Source: a virus (lineage: Duplodnaviria; Caudoviricetes). Taken from it: a stretch of 57,283 nt of DNA. The DNA is taken from IMG/VR virus record IMGVR_UViG_3300034196_000024, positions 1 to 57,283 of that record; one strand, written 5' to 3'. The notes beneath the pieces are model-generated. The model did no database searches. It was not told where the DNA came from and saw only the letters and a list, made by a program, of their open reading frames with translations. A program made the translations under genes and the position numbers. Shown here in pieces: positions 28,883 through 38,718 of this stretch (its first letter is position 1; every line of letters begins with the position of its first letter).

Positions 28883-29596
28883 ATGACGACAAACAGCTGG
28901 CCTTTCGTTAGTCAGCCCACGACCGACCTGCAGTACTCCAAGCTCTTCCGTGCGCTCCAGCGAACCGGCGTGGTCGGGGTAGTGAACGACACCCAGCTGA
29001 AGGGAAGCGCTAGCTCTGCGGGCATGACCACTTCTGTCGCGCTGGGGGCAGCATTCATCCGGGGCTTCTGGTTCGAAGTGGTTGAGACCCCTGAGACCAT
29101 GGTTCACGCCAACTCCACATCACTGCCTCGGATCGACCGGACAGTCCTGCGGCTGGACTTCAACCAGACCCTGGTGGATCGGGTACAGCTAGCGATCGTG
29201 CAGGGCGCCCATGCTTCCAACCCCTCCTTGCCCTCGCTCACTCAGGACGTCGATGGAATCTGGGAGATGCCGCTGTACCGTACGACCATCGGCTCGGGCA
29301 TCAGCTCGATTGCATCTTCTGCCGTCCTCGACGAGCGACCGTTCATCGGTCACCAAGTCGATCAGTGGACGACTGACACTCGCCCGAACCCTCCGACCAA
29401 GTACGATGTGGGGTTCAATGAGACTCTTGCTCGATGGGAGTTCTGGAACGGGACGACCTGGGCCAAGCTCTGGCAGGGCATCTCCTGGGCAGACATCTCT
29501 GACCGTCCGGTTAGCAGCACACTGGATGGTCGTGACATCTTCGTTCAAGCGACCGCCCCGGTCGGGAAGAACGGCGACATCTGGTTTGAGGCGTAA
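28883..29596 (+). CDS. Minor tail protein
   Basis: GAAFIRG...PRIDRTVLRLD...WEMPL...DER; C-terminal NGDIW. Confidence 0.75.
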   Translation: MTTNSWPFVSQPTTDLQYSKLFRALQRTGVVGVVNDTQLKGSASSAGMTTSVALGAAFIRGFWFEVVETPETMVHANSTSLPRIDRTVLRLDFNQTLVDRVQLAIVQGAHASNPSLPSLTQDVDGIWEMPLYRTTIGSGISSIASSAVLDERPFIGHQVDQWTTDTRPNPPTKYDVGFNETLARWEFWNGTTWAKLWQGISWADISDRPVSSTLDGRDIFVQATAPVGKNGDIWFEA

Positions 29597-29598
29597 CC

Positions 29599-30936
29599 AT
29601 GGCCATCGAGTACGGCGGAGTCTCGGGGAAGCTGCGGGTAGGTATCGATGTCCGAGTCGATGCCTATGACACCAACACGCCCTCCATCAATGTCTACTAC
29701 GACTTCTACGTTCGGAGTGAGGCCTGGGGGTTCAACGACGACCAGGTCCTCAACGTGGGTGGTAGTCGCGGCGGTAGCTTCGGTTACCACATGTCTTCGG
29801 GCAGTGGCCAGACGGTTGAGCTATACGTAGGAACCCTGGTCATCGAAGGCCAGGGCCAGAACTACGGCGGTGGCCCCGTCTACAGCATGTCTGCGACGGT
29901 GTCGGGGAACTCCCAGGGTGGGGCGGCCTCACACAGTCGAGACTTCTCCCTGCCGGCACGACCGCCGAATGTTCCTGGCCTGCCAGGGATCGCGGGGATC
30001 GACAACATCACGCCGACCTCAGCCCGCATTGTGGTTACTGCCGCTGATCCTCGAGGCGCGGGCATCGATGCTTACACCGTCCGAGTACACCGGGTTAGCG
30101 ACGGTGCTCACATGGGGGACCAGGGTGGGGGAACTACAACCTTCACCAACCTGAGTCGAGCTACGGCCTATCACGCCTACGCCAATGCCCACAATGGGGT
30201 TGGCTGGAGTGGTTGGGCTGGACCAGCGCCATTCACCACTGCCGCCACAGTCCCTGACCCCTGCGGAACACCCACAGCATCCAGCATTGGGGCAACGTCC
30301 GCTTACATCAGCTGGGGTATCCCCTCCGATGGTGGCTCTGGCTTCACGGGCTGGCAGCTTCAGGTCGCTCGAGATGCTGGCTTCACCCAGCTGGTGTATG
30401 ACGGCAACATCGGCTATGCCACAGTCTCGGGGCTGCTTCGAAACACTCGGTACTACATCCGAGCTCGGGCATTCAACGCCGTCGGAGCGGGTGGCTGGTC
30501 AGGGACAGGGTTCTTCGACACGGTGGCTGCAGTCCCCGCGGCACCTACGGGCCTGACTGCCACGGCCGTCTTCCCCGATGGCGTCAACCTCTCCTGGGTG
30601 GCTCCCGACAACGGCGGTACACCCATCACGAACTACCTCATTCAAGCCGCTACCAATGCCTCCTTCACCACCGGGCTGACATCTCAGAACTCGGGGACGT
30701 CACTCATCACCGGCGTTGGTAGCCTGCTGCCCGCTACTACCTACTACTTCCGAGTCTTCGCGCAGTCGCTGGCGGGAACTGGCCCCGCATCAGCAGTCTA
30801 CTCCACGGTGACCACTTCCAGCGCCAGAGTCAAGAAGAACAACCTCTGGACCAACGTCCGAGTCTGGGTCAAGGTCGCGGGGGTGTGGAAGGTACCCCGC
30901 ACTCACAAGAAGAAGGACGGTTCCTGGGTCATCTGA
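29599..30936 (+). CDS. Minor tail protein with three FN3 domains
   Basis: Repeated W...Y...TxYYxRxxA..G.G.WS; C-terminal VWVKVAGVWK. Confidence 0.8.
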   Translation: MAIEYGGVSGKLRVGIDVRVDAYDTNTPSINVYYDFYVRSEAWGFNDDQVLNVGGSRGGSFGYHMSSGSGQTVELYVGTLVIEGQGQNYGGGPVYSMSATVSGNSQGGAASHSRDFSLPARPPNVPGLPGIAGIDNITPTSARIVVTAADPRGAGIDAYTVRVHRVSDGAHMGDQGGGTTTFTNLSRATAYHAYANAHNGVGWSGWAGPAPFTTAATVPDPCGTPTASSIGATSAYISWGIPSDGGSGFTGWQLQVARDAGFTQLVYDGNIGYATVSGLLRNTRYYIRARAFNAVGAGGWSGTGFFDTVAAVPAAPTGLTATAVFPDGVNLSWVAPDNGGTPITNYLIQAATNASFTTGLTSQNSGTSLITGVGSLLPATTYYFRVFAQSLAGTGPASAVYSTVTTSSARVKKNNLWTNVRVWVKVAGVWKVPRTHKKKDGSWVI

Positions 30937-30958
30937 CCTATCCAACCAAGGAGGACGA

Positions 30959-31087
30959 ATGAGCGAGATCCCCGTTGCTGACGCAACGAACTCGAACGAC
31001 GGCGAGCTTCTCGAGCAGACCGAGTTCCCGCCTGACGAGTACCCTGAGCTTCCTCAGGTGACCGTCGACCTCGGCAGGGAGGCCTGA
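30959..31087 (+). CDS. Small acidic peptide coupled to the lysin
   Basis: AAGGAGG RBS, 42 aa, TGATG overlap with lysin start. Confidence 0.55.
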   Translation: MSEIPVADATNSNDGELLEQTEFPPDEYPELPQVTVDLGREA

Positions 31088-32235
31088 TGTCTCTCGCAGG
31101 AGTTCTTGCCGCTGCGGCAAGTCAGATCGGCTACTACGTCAAGCCGGGAGGTCGTACCAAGTTCGGCGAGTGGTACGGCCTGCCCACCGGCCAGTGGTGC
31201 GCCATGTTCGTCTCCTGGTGCGCCGAGCAAGGTGGCGCACAGGCGGCCATCCCGAAGCACGCCTACACCCCCTCCGGCGTGGCCTGGTTCAAGAAGCAGG
31301 GTCGCTGGCACGATGGCACATCGGGTATCGCCCGAGGTGACGTCGTCTACTTCGACTTCCCCGGGGCTCCCGACCGCGTCTCTCACGTGGCGCTCGTGGA
31401 GTCGGTGAACGGCGATGGTTCAATCAACACGATCGAGGGTAACACCTCAGGCCCGAGTGGCGACCAGCGCAACGGCGGGCTCTGTGCTCGCAAGCAGCGC
31501 AAGTCGTACATCGTCGGCTACGGCCGGCCCAACTACGACGCCATCGACGATGACGCCGCGAAGGGCTACCTCGAGCTCGGGGATGAGGGTGAGGCTGTCC
31601 GCGTCATGCAGCTCGCCCTGATCGCAGCGGGCTTCCCGGTCGGCGACGCAGGAGCCGATTCGGACTTCGGCAGTGACACCGAGGCGGCGCTGATCGCCTA
31701 CCAGGCTGCCAAGGGTCTCGAGCCCGACGGCATCTTCGGCGCCCAGAGTCAGACCTCGCTGTATGGAGCCCCGAGTACTCCGACCCCGGCTCCCGCACCT
31801 GCTCCCGCGCCGGCTCCGGTCGACACCACTCCCCGAAACGCCGATGGGTCCATCACCATCGATCAGGACGGGGACGAAGGTGACCAGACCATCTCTCGGT
31901 GGCAGGAGGTCATGGGTACACCCATCGACGGGGTGATCGACAAGGTGAGTACGCTCATCGAAGCCGACCAGCGGTTCCTCAACTCGGTGGTTGCCGCCTC
32001 CCAGATCAAGGACCTCACCGGGAAGTCCCAGCTCAAGACCGATGGCATCCGGGGCCCGAAGACCGACATCGTTCGGCAGTTCTGGCTTCGGAACGCGGTC
32101 AACCCGATCCACCAGCAGAACCTCATCGGACACCCGCTCGACTTCGATGGCATCTGGGGTCGGGAGTCGACTCTCGTCATGCAGTTCGCGCTCAACCACG
32201 CAACAACTCGATCCGGCCAGTACGGTCGAGTCTGA
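31087..32235 (+). CDS. Endolysin: CHAP domain plus peptidoglycan-binding domains
   Basis: WCAMFVSW...SHVALV...TIEGNT; GDEGEAVRVMQ..L...DGIFG. Confidence 0.9.
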   Translation: MSLAGVLAAAASQIGYYVKPGGRTKFGEWYGLPTGQWCAMFVSWCAEQGGAQAAIPKHAYTPSGVAWFKKQGRWHDGTSGIARGDVVYFDFPGAPDRVSHVALVESVNGDGSINTIEGNTSGPSGDQRNGGLCARKQRKSYIVGYGRPNYDAIDDDAAKGYLELGDEGEAVRVMQLALIAAGFPVGDAGADSDFGSDTEAALIAYQAAKGLEPDGIFGAQSQTSLYGAPSTPTPAPAPAPAPAPVDTTPRNADGSITIDQDGDEGDQTISRWQEVMGTPIDGVIDKVSTLIEADQRFLNSVVAASQIKDLTGKSQLKTDGIRGPKTDIVRQFWLRNAVNPIHQQNLIGHPLDFDGIWGRESTLVMQFALNHATTRSGQYGRV

Positions 32236-32298
32236 CGCAGGACGGGGGCCTCAGCGATGGGGCCCCCACACCTGCTGGGCGAGAGGGGAGGCAAAGTA

Positions 32299-32664
32299 AT
32301 GGAGGAGTTCTTCACGAATAGCTACGTGGGGACCGCGGGCCCTTGGGTCCTCGTTACTCTGTTCGTGATCGCGCTGCTAAGGGGGTTCGTTGTCCCCCGA
32401 TCTGTCCTCCTCGATGTTAGAAGTGACCGAGACGCTCGCCTGGCAGAACTCACTCGTGAGAAGGAGCTTCGGGAAGCCAACCTCATCCAAGAACGCGAGG
32501 ATTGGAAGGAAGCATTCTTCAACTCTGAGCAATCTCGTCGTATCGGCCTAGAACAAATCGCCGAGCTGACTGAGTTGGCTCGGACTGGTACGGCAGTCAT
32601 GAGAAACCTACCCATGATCCCCTCACCGGGAATGGAGGAGCCCCATGGATCGCCCCCCTCGTAG
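32299..32664 (+). CDS. Membrane protein (lysis cassette)
   Basis: One TM helix plus coiled coil. Confidence 0.6.
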   Translation: MEEFFTNSYVGTAGPWVLVTLFVIALLRGFVVPRSVLLDVRSDRDARLAELTREKELREANLIQEREDWKEAFFNSEQSRRIGLEQIAELTELARTGTAVMRNLPMIPSPGMEEPHGSPPS

Positions 32665-32842
32665 CCACCCAGGAGGTCAGCCCATCACAGCAGCAGAGGC
32701 TAAGCAGTCCTCCCAGGATCATCTCGAGCAGGACACTCAAAGGTGGCGAGAGATTCGACCTCTCACCAGCTTCCTACGGCGTAGCCGCATCGACAATCAC
32801 TTGAGCCAGCGCATGGAAATAGGATGGAAGGAGTTCCGATGA
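32645..32842 (+). CDS. Hypothetical protein
   Basis: GGAGG RBS, 65 aa. Confidence 0.5.
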   Translation: MDRPPRSHPGGQPITAAEAKQSSQDHLEQDTQRWREIRPLTSFLRRSRIDNHLSQRMEIGWKEFR

Positions 32843-33195
32843 CCGGGGCCGAATGGTCAGATTTCTTGGCTACAGGGTTCCTCTACGCCAGCACCGTCGC
32901 GACTTTTGTTCTTATCCTGAGCTATGGCACGCTGGCTCGGTGGGAGAAGACCACCATGGGCAGGCACCTGATGGTGTTCTCGGTCGCGATGTTCCTGGTG
33001 CTTCTTCAGAGGTCACTTGGGGTTCACGAGAACGACTACCCCGGCCACCTCTTCCTGAGACCAGCAACCTACATCATGGTCTTCTCGGTCTGGGTGTGGA
33101 GGTTGAGCATCTTCTTCCGCGACTACCGTGAGGCCAAGAAGCAGTTACCCCAAGACCAACTCGTAGACACCAACACCTCTGGAGGTTCCACGTGA
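32839..33195 (+). CDS. Three-TM membrane protein, putative holin
   Basis: Three hydrophobic segments; AAGGAG RBS. Confidence 0.6.
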   Translation: MTGAEWSDFLATGFLYASTVATFVLILSYGTLARWEKTTMGRHLMVFSVAMFLVLLQRSLGVHENDYPGHLFLRPATYIMVFSVWVWRLSIFFRDYREAKKQLPQDQLVDTNTSGGST

Positions 33196-33542
33196 GTTTC
33201 ACCTTCGACCTGTCCTTCTGGGTCATCCTGCAGCTCTTCATCCTGCCGGTCGCGCTGCCCCTGCTCGTCGGCCTGGTCACCACGAGGGTCACCTCGAGCC
33301 TTGCCAAAGCGATCTGGCTCCTGGCGCTCTCGGTCGTGACCTCCCTTCTGACGAACATGCTCGCCGCGTTCCAGTCAGGAGCCGAGGCCTTCGATCTCGG
33401 GCTGGCCCTCATGACCGCGTTCGTGACCTTCGTCGCCGGCGTCGGAGTCCACACCGGCCTGCTGAAAGCCGAGAACAGCGAGGGGGTTAGCCTTACCTCT
33501 CTCGCTCAGGCCAACGGCCGTCACGAGAAGACCACCAACTAG
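33192..33542 (+). CDS. Holin
   Basis: LPLLVGLVT...; three TM segments at the end of the lysis cassette. Confidence 0.7.
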   Translation: MSFTFDLSFWVILQLFILPVALPLLVGLVTTRVTSSLAKAIWLLALSVVTSLLTNMLAAFQSGAEAFDLGLALMTAFVTFVAGVGVHTGLLKAENSEGVSLTSLAQANGRHEKTTN

Positions 33543-33565
33543 GAGGGGATCCACCCATCTCCATG

Positions 33566-33610
33566 AAGCCCCCGCTCGGCCTGGGAGAACAGGTCAGGCG
33601 GGGGCTTCTT
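33566..33610. terminator. Hairpin terminator between convergent genes
   Basis: AAGCCCCGC..CCTG / CAGG..GCGGGGCTT followed by CTT. Confidence 0.7.
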
Positions 33611-33616
33611 GGTGTG

Positions 33617-34000
33617 TCACCAGAGGATGGAGATGGTGTCGTCGTCGAGCATCCCCATACCCTTGGCATACTTTCCTGCGGCCCGGGCCAGGGCGATCAG
33701 CTGAGCCTTGTAGGTCCGCTTGCCGAAGCGGGTGATGTCGAGCTGGACCCGGACGTGGCGACCGTCGCGGAGCGTACCCCAGCAGTATGAGAGGTCAAGG
33801 AAGGGATAGCCCTGGTCGGTGACGAAGCGGATCCGGTCGATCTGGATGAGGTCAGCGGACCCCAGGTAGACGGCCCCAGCTGAGTAGTCGACCTGGCTGG
33901 AGTCGTAGTCGGCCATGAAGAGCGGGACATCCTCGCGGATTCCGAGGGCGGCCATCGCGAGCCCGGTGTGGAGGTGGCTGTCATTCGGTGTCGATGTCAT
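33617..34000 (-). CDS. Hypothetical protein, leaderless
   Basis: 127 aa; minus-strand TTGACA(34035)-N17-TAGTAT(34012) ends 6 nt before ATG. Confidence 0.75.
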   Translation of the reverse strand: MTSTPNDSHLHTGLAMAALGIREDVPLFMADYDSSQVDYSAGAVYLGSADLIQIDRIRFVTDQGYPFLDLSYCWGTLRDGRHVRVQLDITRFGKRTYKAQLIALARAAGKYAKGMGMLDDDTISILW

Positions 34001-34042
34001 ACCTACATACTATGTCATCCTCAAGCCCCTGTCAAGGTGACT

Positions 34043-34170
34043 CATCGATCGATCGCGCGAGCATGATCCCCATGACCCGATGAGCCTTCCTGATGGCGGG
34101 CCAGATCGCCGCGCACCGGGTCACCCGATCAATCATGTCACTTTGGGGGTCGAGGCGATTAGGGATCAAC
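34043..34170. repeat. Dispersed intergenic element, copy 3
   Basis: GATCGATCGCGCGAGCATGATCCCCATGACCCGATGA then GCCTTCCTGATGGC, paralleling copy 1. Confidence 0.55.
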
Positions 34171-34189
34171 CTGATGCATCCAGCTACAA

Positions 34190-34555
34190 GTCGACCCCCG
34201 AAGCATCATGGGGGCATGTTAGCCTCGGGGGTCGACATCAAAGGGGCGCGTGGTTGTTGGCGGACAACCTTGTCGTTTGTAGTACCCCGAGCAAGTGGTT
34301 CAGAAGATGTCCCTTAGCCATCCTCACCGTTCCCTTGCAGAGGGCCCCTATGTGTTGTTATCAAGTCGGTGCGCGGGAGGGGGGTCTGGTAGGCGTTGAT
34401 ACCCTAGTCCCTGTTACCCTCGGCCTAGTCGAGCCCGCGCGTCGTATTCAGTTGTGTCTGTACCTTTTCGGGTAGGGGTGGTTTTAGTGACGATTACCAC
34501 CCCGATTTGTCGCCCAGTCTTTCGGATGTCACCTGGGCGTATTCAGTTGTGGGTC
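34190..34555 (-). ncRNA. Candidate structured non-coding RNA
   Basis: Series of hairpins, two CACAACTGAATACG repeats, terminal GTCGACCCCCGA/TCGGGGGTCGAC stem. Confidence 0.4.
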
Positions 34556-34575
34556 ATGCGCCGGCGAAGATCAGA

Positions 34576-35112
34576 TCAGGACTCGTCGTCCTCGTCGTCC
34601 TCGATCTCCTCGTCGTCGTCGTCCTCGACGACCGGGGCCGGCTTGGCCTTGGCGGCCTTCTTGTCCGCCTTCGCCTGCGCGGCGGCCGCGGCGGCCTTCT
34701 GCTCGGCCTTGCGGGCCTTCAGCGCGTCGAGCTTCTCCTTCTTGTCGGCGTCGAGCTCGCCGGCGGAGAAGGCCTTCAGCACCGCGACGACCTCGGGGTC
34801 CTTGGGGCCCGACCAGTCGTACCGCGACCGGTTGCCGGCGACGATCTCGCGGTTGAGGCGGCCGTCGCGGGCCATCTTCCGGAGGAGGGTCCGCAGCTCG
34901 CGGGTGGTCGTGTCCTTGCCGGTCTTGGTCTTGATCAGGGCGACCAGGTCGGCGACGCCGAAGGTGATCTCGGGGGTCTTCGAGGTGGTCTCCTCCTCGA
35001 GCTCCTCGACCTCGTCGTCGTCCTCCTCGGCAGCCGCGGCAGCAGCCGCCTCGGCAGCGGCCTTCGCCTTGGCCGCGGCAGCAGCCTTCTTCTGTGCAGC
35101 AGTGAGTGCCAT
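34576..35112 (-). CDS. Ala/Lys-rich and acidic protein with central HTH-like domain
   Basis: GGAGGG RBS; TTRELRTLLRKM...RSRYDW; extreme GC3; own promoter. Confidence 0.75.
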   Translation of the reverse strand: MALTAAQKKAAAAAKAKAAAEAAAAAAAEEDDDEVEELEEETTSKTPEITFGVADLVALIKTKTGKDTTTRELRTLLRKMARDGRLNREIVAGNRSRYDWSGPKDPEVVAVLKAFSAGELDADKKEKLDALKARKAEQKAAAAAAQAKADKKAAKAKPAPVVEDDDDEEIEDDEDDES

Positions 35113-35220
35113 GATGGGTGGAATCCCTCCACTTGAACCGAGACCAATAACCCTTGTGTCTTGATCTTCAGCCAACTTGTGTGTTTGTGGTGTGCCCTTT
35201 GCGGGGGGCGAGCAAGTACA

Positions 35221-35304
35221 AATCTATGCGCTTGGGGCAGCAATGTCAAGGTGGCGGAAGCTTGACTTGCCAGCCTTGACGGGGCAAGCCGGATGTATTA
35301 GTAT
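35221..35304. promoter_or_regulatory. Divergent promoter pair
   Basis: Minus TTGACA(35249)-N17-TAGATT; plus TTGACG(35276)-N17-TAGTAT. Confidence 0.7.
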
Positions 35305-35348
35305 TGCATCATGCGCTCATACCACATAGGGGAAAGCTGAGGAATGAG

Positions 35349-35735
35349 ATGGGTAGGTACATTCTCCTCGAGTTCGATGACGATGATCAGGCGGAGAAGT
35401 TCGGCAGTAAGATCATCGCAGCACACGCACGAGGAGCTCGCTTCAGCATCATCGGCATCTTCCAGAAGCCGCCCACGAAACGCTGCGAGTGCCTGAATCG
35501 GTCGACCGAGCCCAAGAACACTGAGAACCGTCGACACAAGAAGACCGGGTTTTGGTACTGCAGTCGCTGCAAGCGAGTTCGACCCGGGTGGCAGAGCCCC
35601 AGGAACTTCCTCGACGATCCCGCGCTGACGCCCAACTGGTTCAGCCGAGGTCAGGCAAAGGAGGCTACTCTGCACCTTGACAACCAGGGCCGGCCCCTTC
35701 AGAATTACCCCATCACTGATCGACTGGGAGCCTGA
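35349..35735 (+). CDS. Zinc-finger protein
   Basis: CEC...RH..TGFWYCSRC. Confidence 0.65.
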   Translation: MGRYILLEFDDDDQAEKFGSKIIAAHARGARFSIIGIFQKPPTKRCECLNRSTEPKNTENRRHKKTGFWYCSRCKRVRPGWQSPRNFLDDPALTPNWFSRGQAKEATLHLDNQGRPLQNYPITDRLGA

Positions 35736-35736
35736 T

Positions 35737-36030
35737 ATGCCCTACCTAGTTGTGCTCCAGTTCCGCAATCATGAGGATCTGGACATGTTCTACAACGTTC
35801 ACAATGATGACGCGACCGAGGGGTTCGTGATGGGCGAGTACTACCTGCCCTCCACCAACACCTACTGCCGCTGCAACCCTAAGACTCGAGTCCGGGGTGA
35901 CAACTGGAAGCGCCACGCCAAGTATGGCCTGTTCGTCTGCAAGGTCTGCGGTAAGCCCAGCAAGGCTTGGCGGATGGGCTTCCTGGCTCGCCTCGGTGAG
36001 GCTCTCGGCAAGAACCAGCGGCCTGTCTGA
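35737..36030 (+). CDS. Zinc-finger protein, paralogue of preceding gene
   Basis: CRC...RH..YGLFVCKVC. Confidence 0.65.
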   Translation: MPYLVVLQFRNHEDLDMFYNVHNDDATEGFVMGEYYLPSTNTYCRCNPKTRVRGDNWKRHAKYGLFVCKVCGKPSKAWRMGFLARLGEALGKNQRPV

Positions 36031-36500
36031 TGCAGACCTTCCTTCCCTATCGCGACTTCATCAGTAGTGCCATGGTGCTGGACCGTCAGCGACTTGGCAA
36101 GCAGCGGGTCGAGACCATGCAGATCATGAAGGCACTCACGGTTCCCGGAGCCGGTTGGGCCAACCACCCCGTTACGAAGATGTGGCGGGGGTATGAAGGT
36201 TCTCTGATCAGATACCAAGAAGCCATCTGCCATGAATGGGTGAGTCGAGGCTACAAGGATACTTGCCTTGCCAAGACCTGGGCACTCTATGACGAGTTCA
36301 CCAAGTCAGACACTGACTACGCCAACAGTCATCGATTCACGGCTCCTCCCTGGTGGGGCCTGAAGCGCTTCCATAGCGCCCATCGGGCCAACTTGCTGCG
36401 TAAAGACTCAGCGTACTACGGGCAGTTCGCCTGGCGCGAGGAGCCCTCGGACATTTACTGGTATCCCCGCCTTGACAGCAGCGGATGCCTGGTGGGATAA
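36030..36500 (+). CDS. Pyrimidine-dimer DNA glycosylase family (DenV/MSMEG_6728-like)
   Basis: MQTFLPY..F..SA..LD..RLGKQRVE; HP...MW.GY; HRANLLRKD. Confidence 0.88.
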   Translation: MQTFLPYRDFISSAMVLDRQRLGKQRVETMQIMKALTVPGAGWANHPVTKMWRGYEGSLIRYQEAICHEWVSRGYKDTCLAKTWALYDEFTKSDTDYANSHRFTAPPWWGLKRFHSAHRANLLRKDSAYYGQFAWREEPSDIYWYPRLDSSGCLVG

Positions 36501-36507
36501 TCGACTC

Positions 36508-38076
36508 ATGCCTCAGAAATACCGGTTCAAACAGCGCCCGTACAAGCATCAGGTGTTGGCTGTCAAGAAGCTGCTGGCCACTGGCTGGGGTGGCGCGCTC
36601 TTGATGGAGCCTCGTACGGGTAAGACGAAGGTGGCCATCGACTACATGTCGATCCTTCACCAAGCTGGGCATGTCAATCGCGTGCTCGTGGTGGGCCCCA
36701 CCGTCGCCGCCGGGGTGTGGAGTCAACAGCTTGAGGCGAACTGCCCCCTGCCATACTCTTTTCTTCACTGGAACCGGAAGATCAGGAAGACTACTCGTCG
36801 GCGAGCAGTAGCAGGACTGAATGGTCGGAAGCAACGAGTGACCGTCAGAAACACTCAGTATCAGGCTCTGCCCCCGTTCGGTCGTGATCGACTGGACGTT
36901 GTATTCCTGAACTACGACGCCTTCGCTGCCCCTGGCGCCATCCGCAAGAAGACTGACGAAGAGATCATTCGCTCTCGTTCTCGTGGCGGTCGGTTCGACA
37001 TGAAGAAGGCGATCATCGCCTGGCAGCCCCAGCTGATCATCCTGGATGAAAGCCACCGGATCAAGACGCCATCTGCCAAGAAGTCCACCATGATCCACTC
37101 TCTTCAGAAGATCCCTGACTACCGAGTTATCATGACCGGTACAGTAGTGACCAAGAGCAAGCGACTCTTCGACGTCTACAGCCAGTGGAAGTTCCTCAAC
37201 CCCGAGCGATTCGGAGGGATGACCTTCGCCCAGTTCAAGACTCGGTATGGCAAGTGGGAAGCGCGCGAGAAGTACTCGGTGTGGAAGGGTAACCAGAACG
37301 AGGACGAGCTCCATGCTCTGATCCACCAAGATGCCTTCAGCATTACCCGAGAGGAATGCTACGACCTGCCTCCGGTAACGTCTCAGATCATTCCCGTCGA
37401 GCTTGAGGAGTCTGCCGAGCTCTACGACCAGATGGCTGAAGACATGGTTGCCCGCATCTATACGGGGGAGATCACCGAGGCTTCAATCCGGCTGGTTCAG
37501 ACCTTGCGCCTGCAGCAGATCACCAGTGGTATTAGCAAGACCTCACCCTCCATCGAATTCCCGCGAGGTCGGCTCGTAGTCATCGGCTCAGAGAAGCTGA
37601 GGGCGATCCAGAATCGCCTCGAAGACCTCATGGAGATGGATGAGAAGGTGGTTATCGGGGCCCTCTTCAAGGCTGACATCGCTCGACTCCAGGCTCTTGT
37701 GAAGAAGCTCAAGGTCCCTTGCTTCACCATCCAGGGGGGAATGAAGGACGCAGATCGAGACAAGGCCTGGCAGCAGTTCCCGAAGGTAAAGGGTGGTGCC
37801 GTCTTCATCGGTCAGCCCGCGGCCGCCGGTGAGGCTATCGACTTGTCTTGCGCCAGCATCATGCAGTGGTACTCCCTACCTTCTTCCTGGGTTAACTACA
37901 CTCAGTTCTCAGACCGCGTGGCCCTGAGCGGCCGGCCGGTTTTCTACGAGTACTTCCTCGCAACGGGGACCGTTGACTACCTCCGCAAGGAGTCCTTGGA
38001 CGAAGACACTAGCATTGGGAAGAAGATGATCTCTAGCCCCGAACGACTGCTCCGGTTGCGAGAATCGGGCCTTTGA
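36508..38076 (+). CDS. SNF2-like SF2 helicase
   Basis: PRTGKT, ILDESH, MTGT; TTGACA(36472)-N18-GATAAT upstream. Confidence 0.88.
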   Translation: MPQKYRFKQRPYKHQVLAVKKLLATGWGGALLMEPRTGKTKVAIDYMSILHQAGHVNRVLVVGPTVAAGVWSQQLEANCPLPYSFLHWNRKIRKTTRRRAVAGLNGRKQRVTVRNTQYQALPPFGRDRLDVVFLNYDAFAAPGAIRKKTDEEIIRSRSRGGRFDMKKAIIAWQPQLIILDESHRIKTPSAKKSTMIHSLQKIPDYRVIMTGTVVTKSKRLFDVYSQWKFLNPERFGGMTFAQFKTRYGKWEAREKYSVWKGNQNEDELHALIHQDAFSITREECYDLPPVTSQIIPVELEESAELYDQMAEDMVARIYTGEITEASIRLVQTLRLQQITSGISKTSPSIEFPRGRLVVIGSEKLRAIQNRLEDLMEMDEKVVIGALFKADIARLQALVKKLKVPCFTIQGGMKDADRDKAWQQFPKVKGGAVFIGQPAAAGEAIDLSCASIMQWYSLPSSWVNYTQFSDRVALSGRPVFYEYFLATGTVDYLRKESLDEDTSIGKKMISSPERLLRLRESGL

Positions 38077-38130
38077 CTTCCGAACGCGGTAATGATAGAG
38101 TTATTCCACACCAACTTGAGCGGAGGAAGC

Positions 38131-38718
38131 ATGATCATTCTGGAAGGCCCCGATGGTGGGGGTAAGAGCACACTGGCAAAGCAGCTGGCGGTTCTCTGGG
38201 ACCTGCCCATCGCGGAACGAGTGGTCTCCAAGGACACCGAGGCCATGATCGATCTTAAGGCCTGGACCGAAGAGAACGTCCGCAACATGGGGCCGCTTCA
38301 GGTCTACGACCGCCACCGCCTGATCTCGGAACCGATCTATGGCCCGATCCTTCGGGCTGGTCGACCGCAGCCTGGGTTCGAGTCGCTGGGCTGGCTGAGT
38401 GCGATGACGCAGGAGTTCTACCGTCACCAGCCCATCATCATCTACTGCATCCCCCCGCTCGAGGTGGTGATGGAGAACCTCAGGGATGACCCCGACAACG
38501 AGGTGGTCAGGGACCAGATCCAGTCGATCTATGCCCTGTACACCACTCGAGCAGCCATGGACGTCGCCCTTCGCCCGACCATGACCGCCATCTGGGACTA
38601 CACCACCGATGGTCGAGAGGACCACCCGCTGGCTACCTTCCGTCGATGGACTGCCCAGATCAACCACATCAAGGACATCGACCGGCTTCGTGACCAAGTA
38701 AGGAAGGCTTCCAAATGA
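38131..38718 (+). CDS. dNMP (thymidylate-like) kinase
   Basis: IILEGPDGGGKST, YDR...SEPIYG; promoter TTGACT(38073)-N17-TAGAGT. Confidence 0.85.
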   Translation: MIILEGPDGGGKSTLAKQLAVLWDLPIAERVVSKDTEAMIDLKAWTEENVRNMGPLQVYDRHRLISEPIYGPILRAGRPQPGFESLGWLSAMTQEFYRHQPIIIYCIPPLEVVMENLRDDPDNEVVRDQIQSIYALYTTRAAMDVALRPTMTAIWDYTTDGREDHPLATFRRWTAQINHIKDIDRLRDQVRKASK

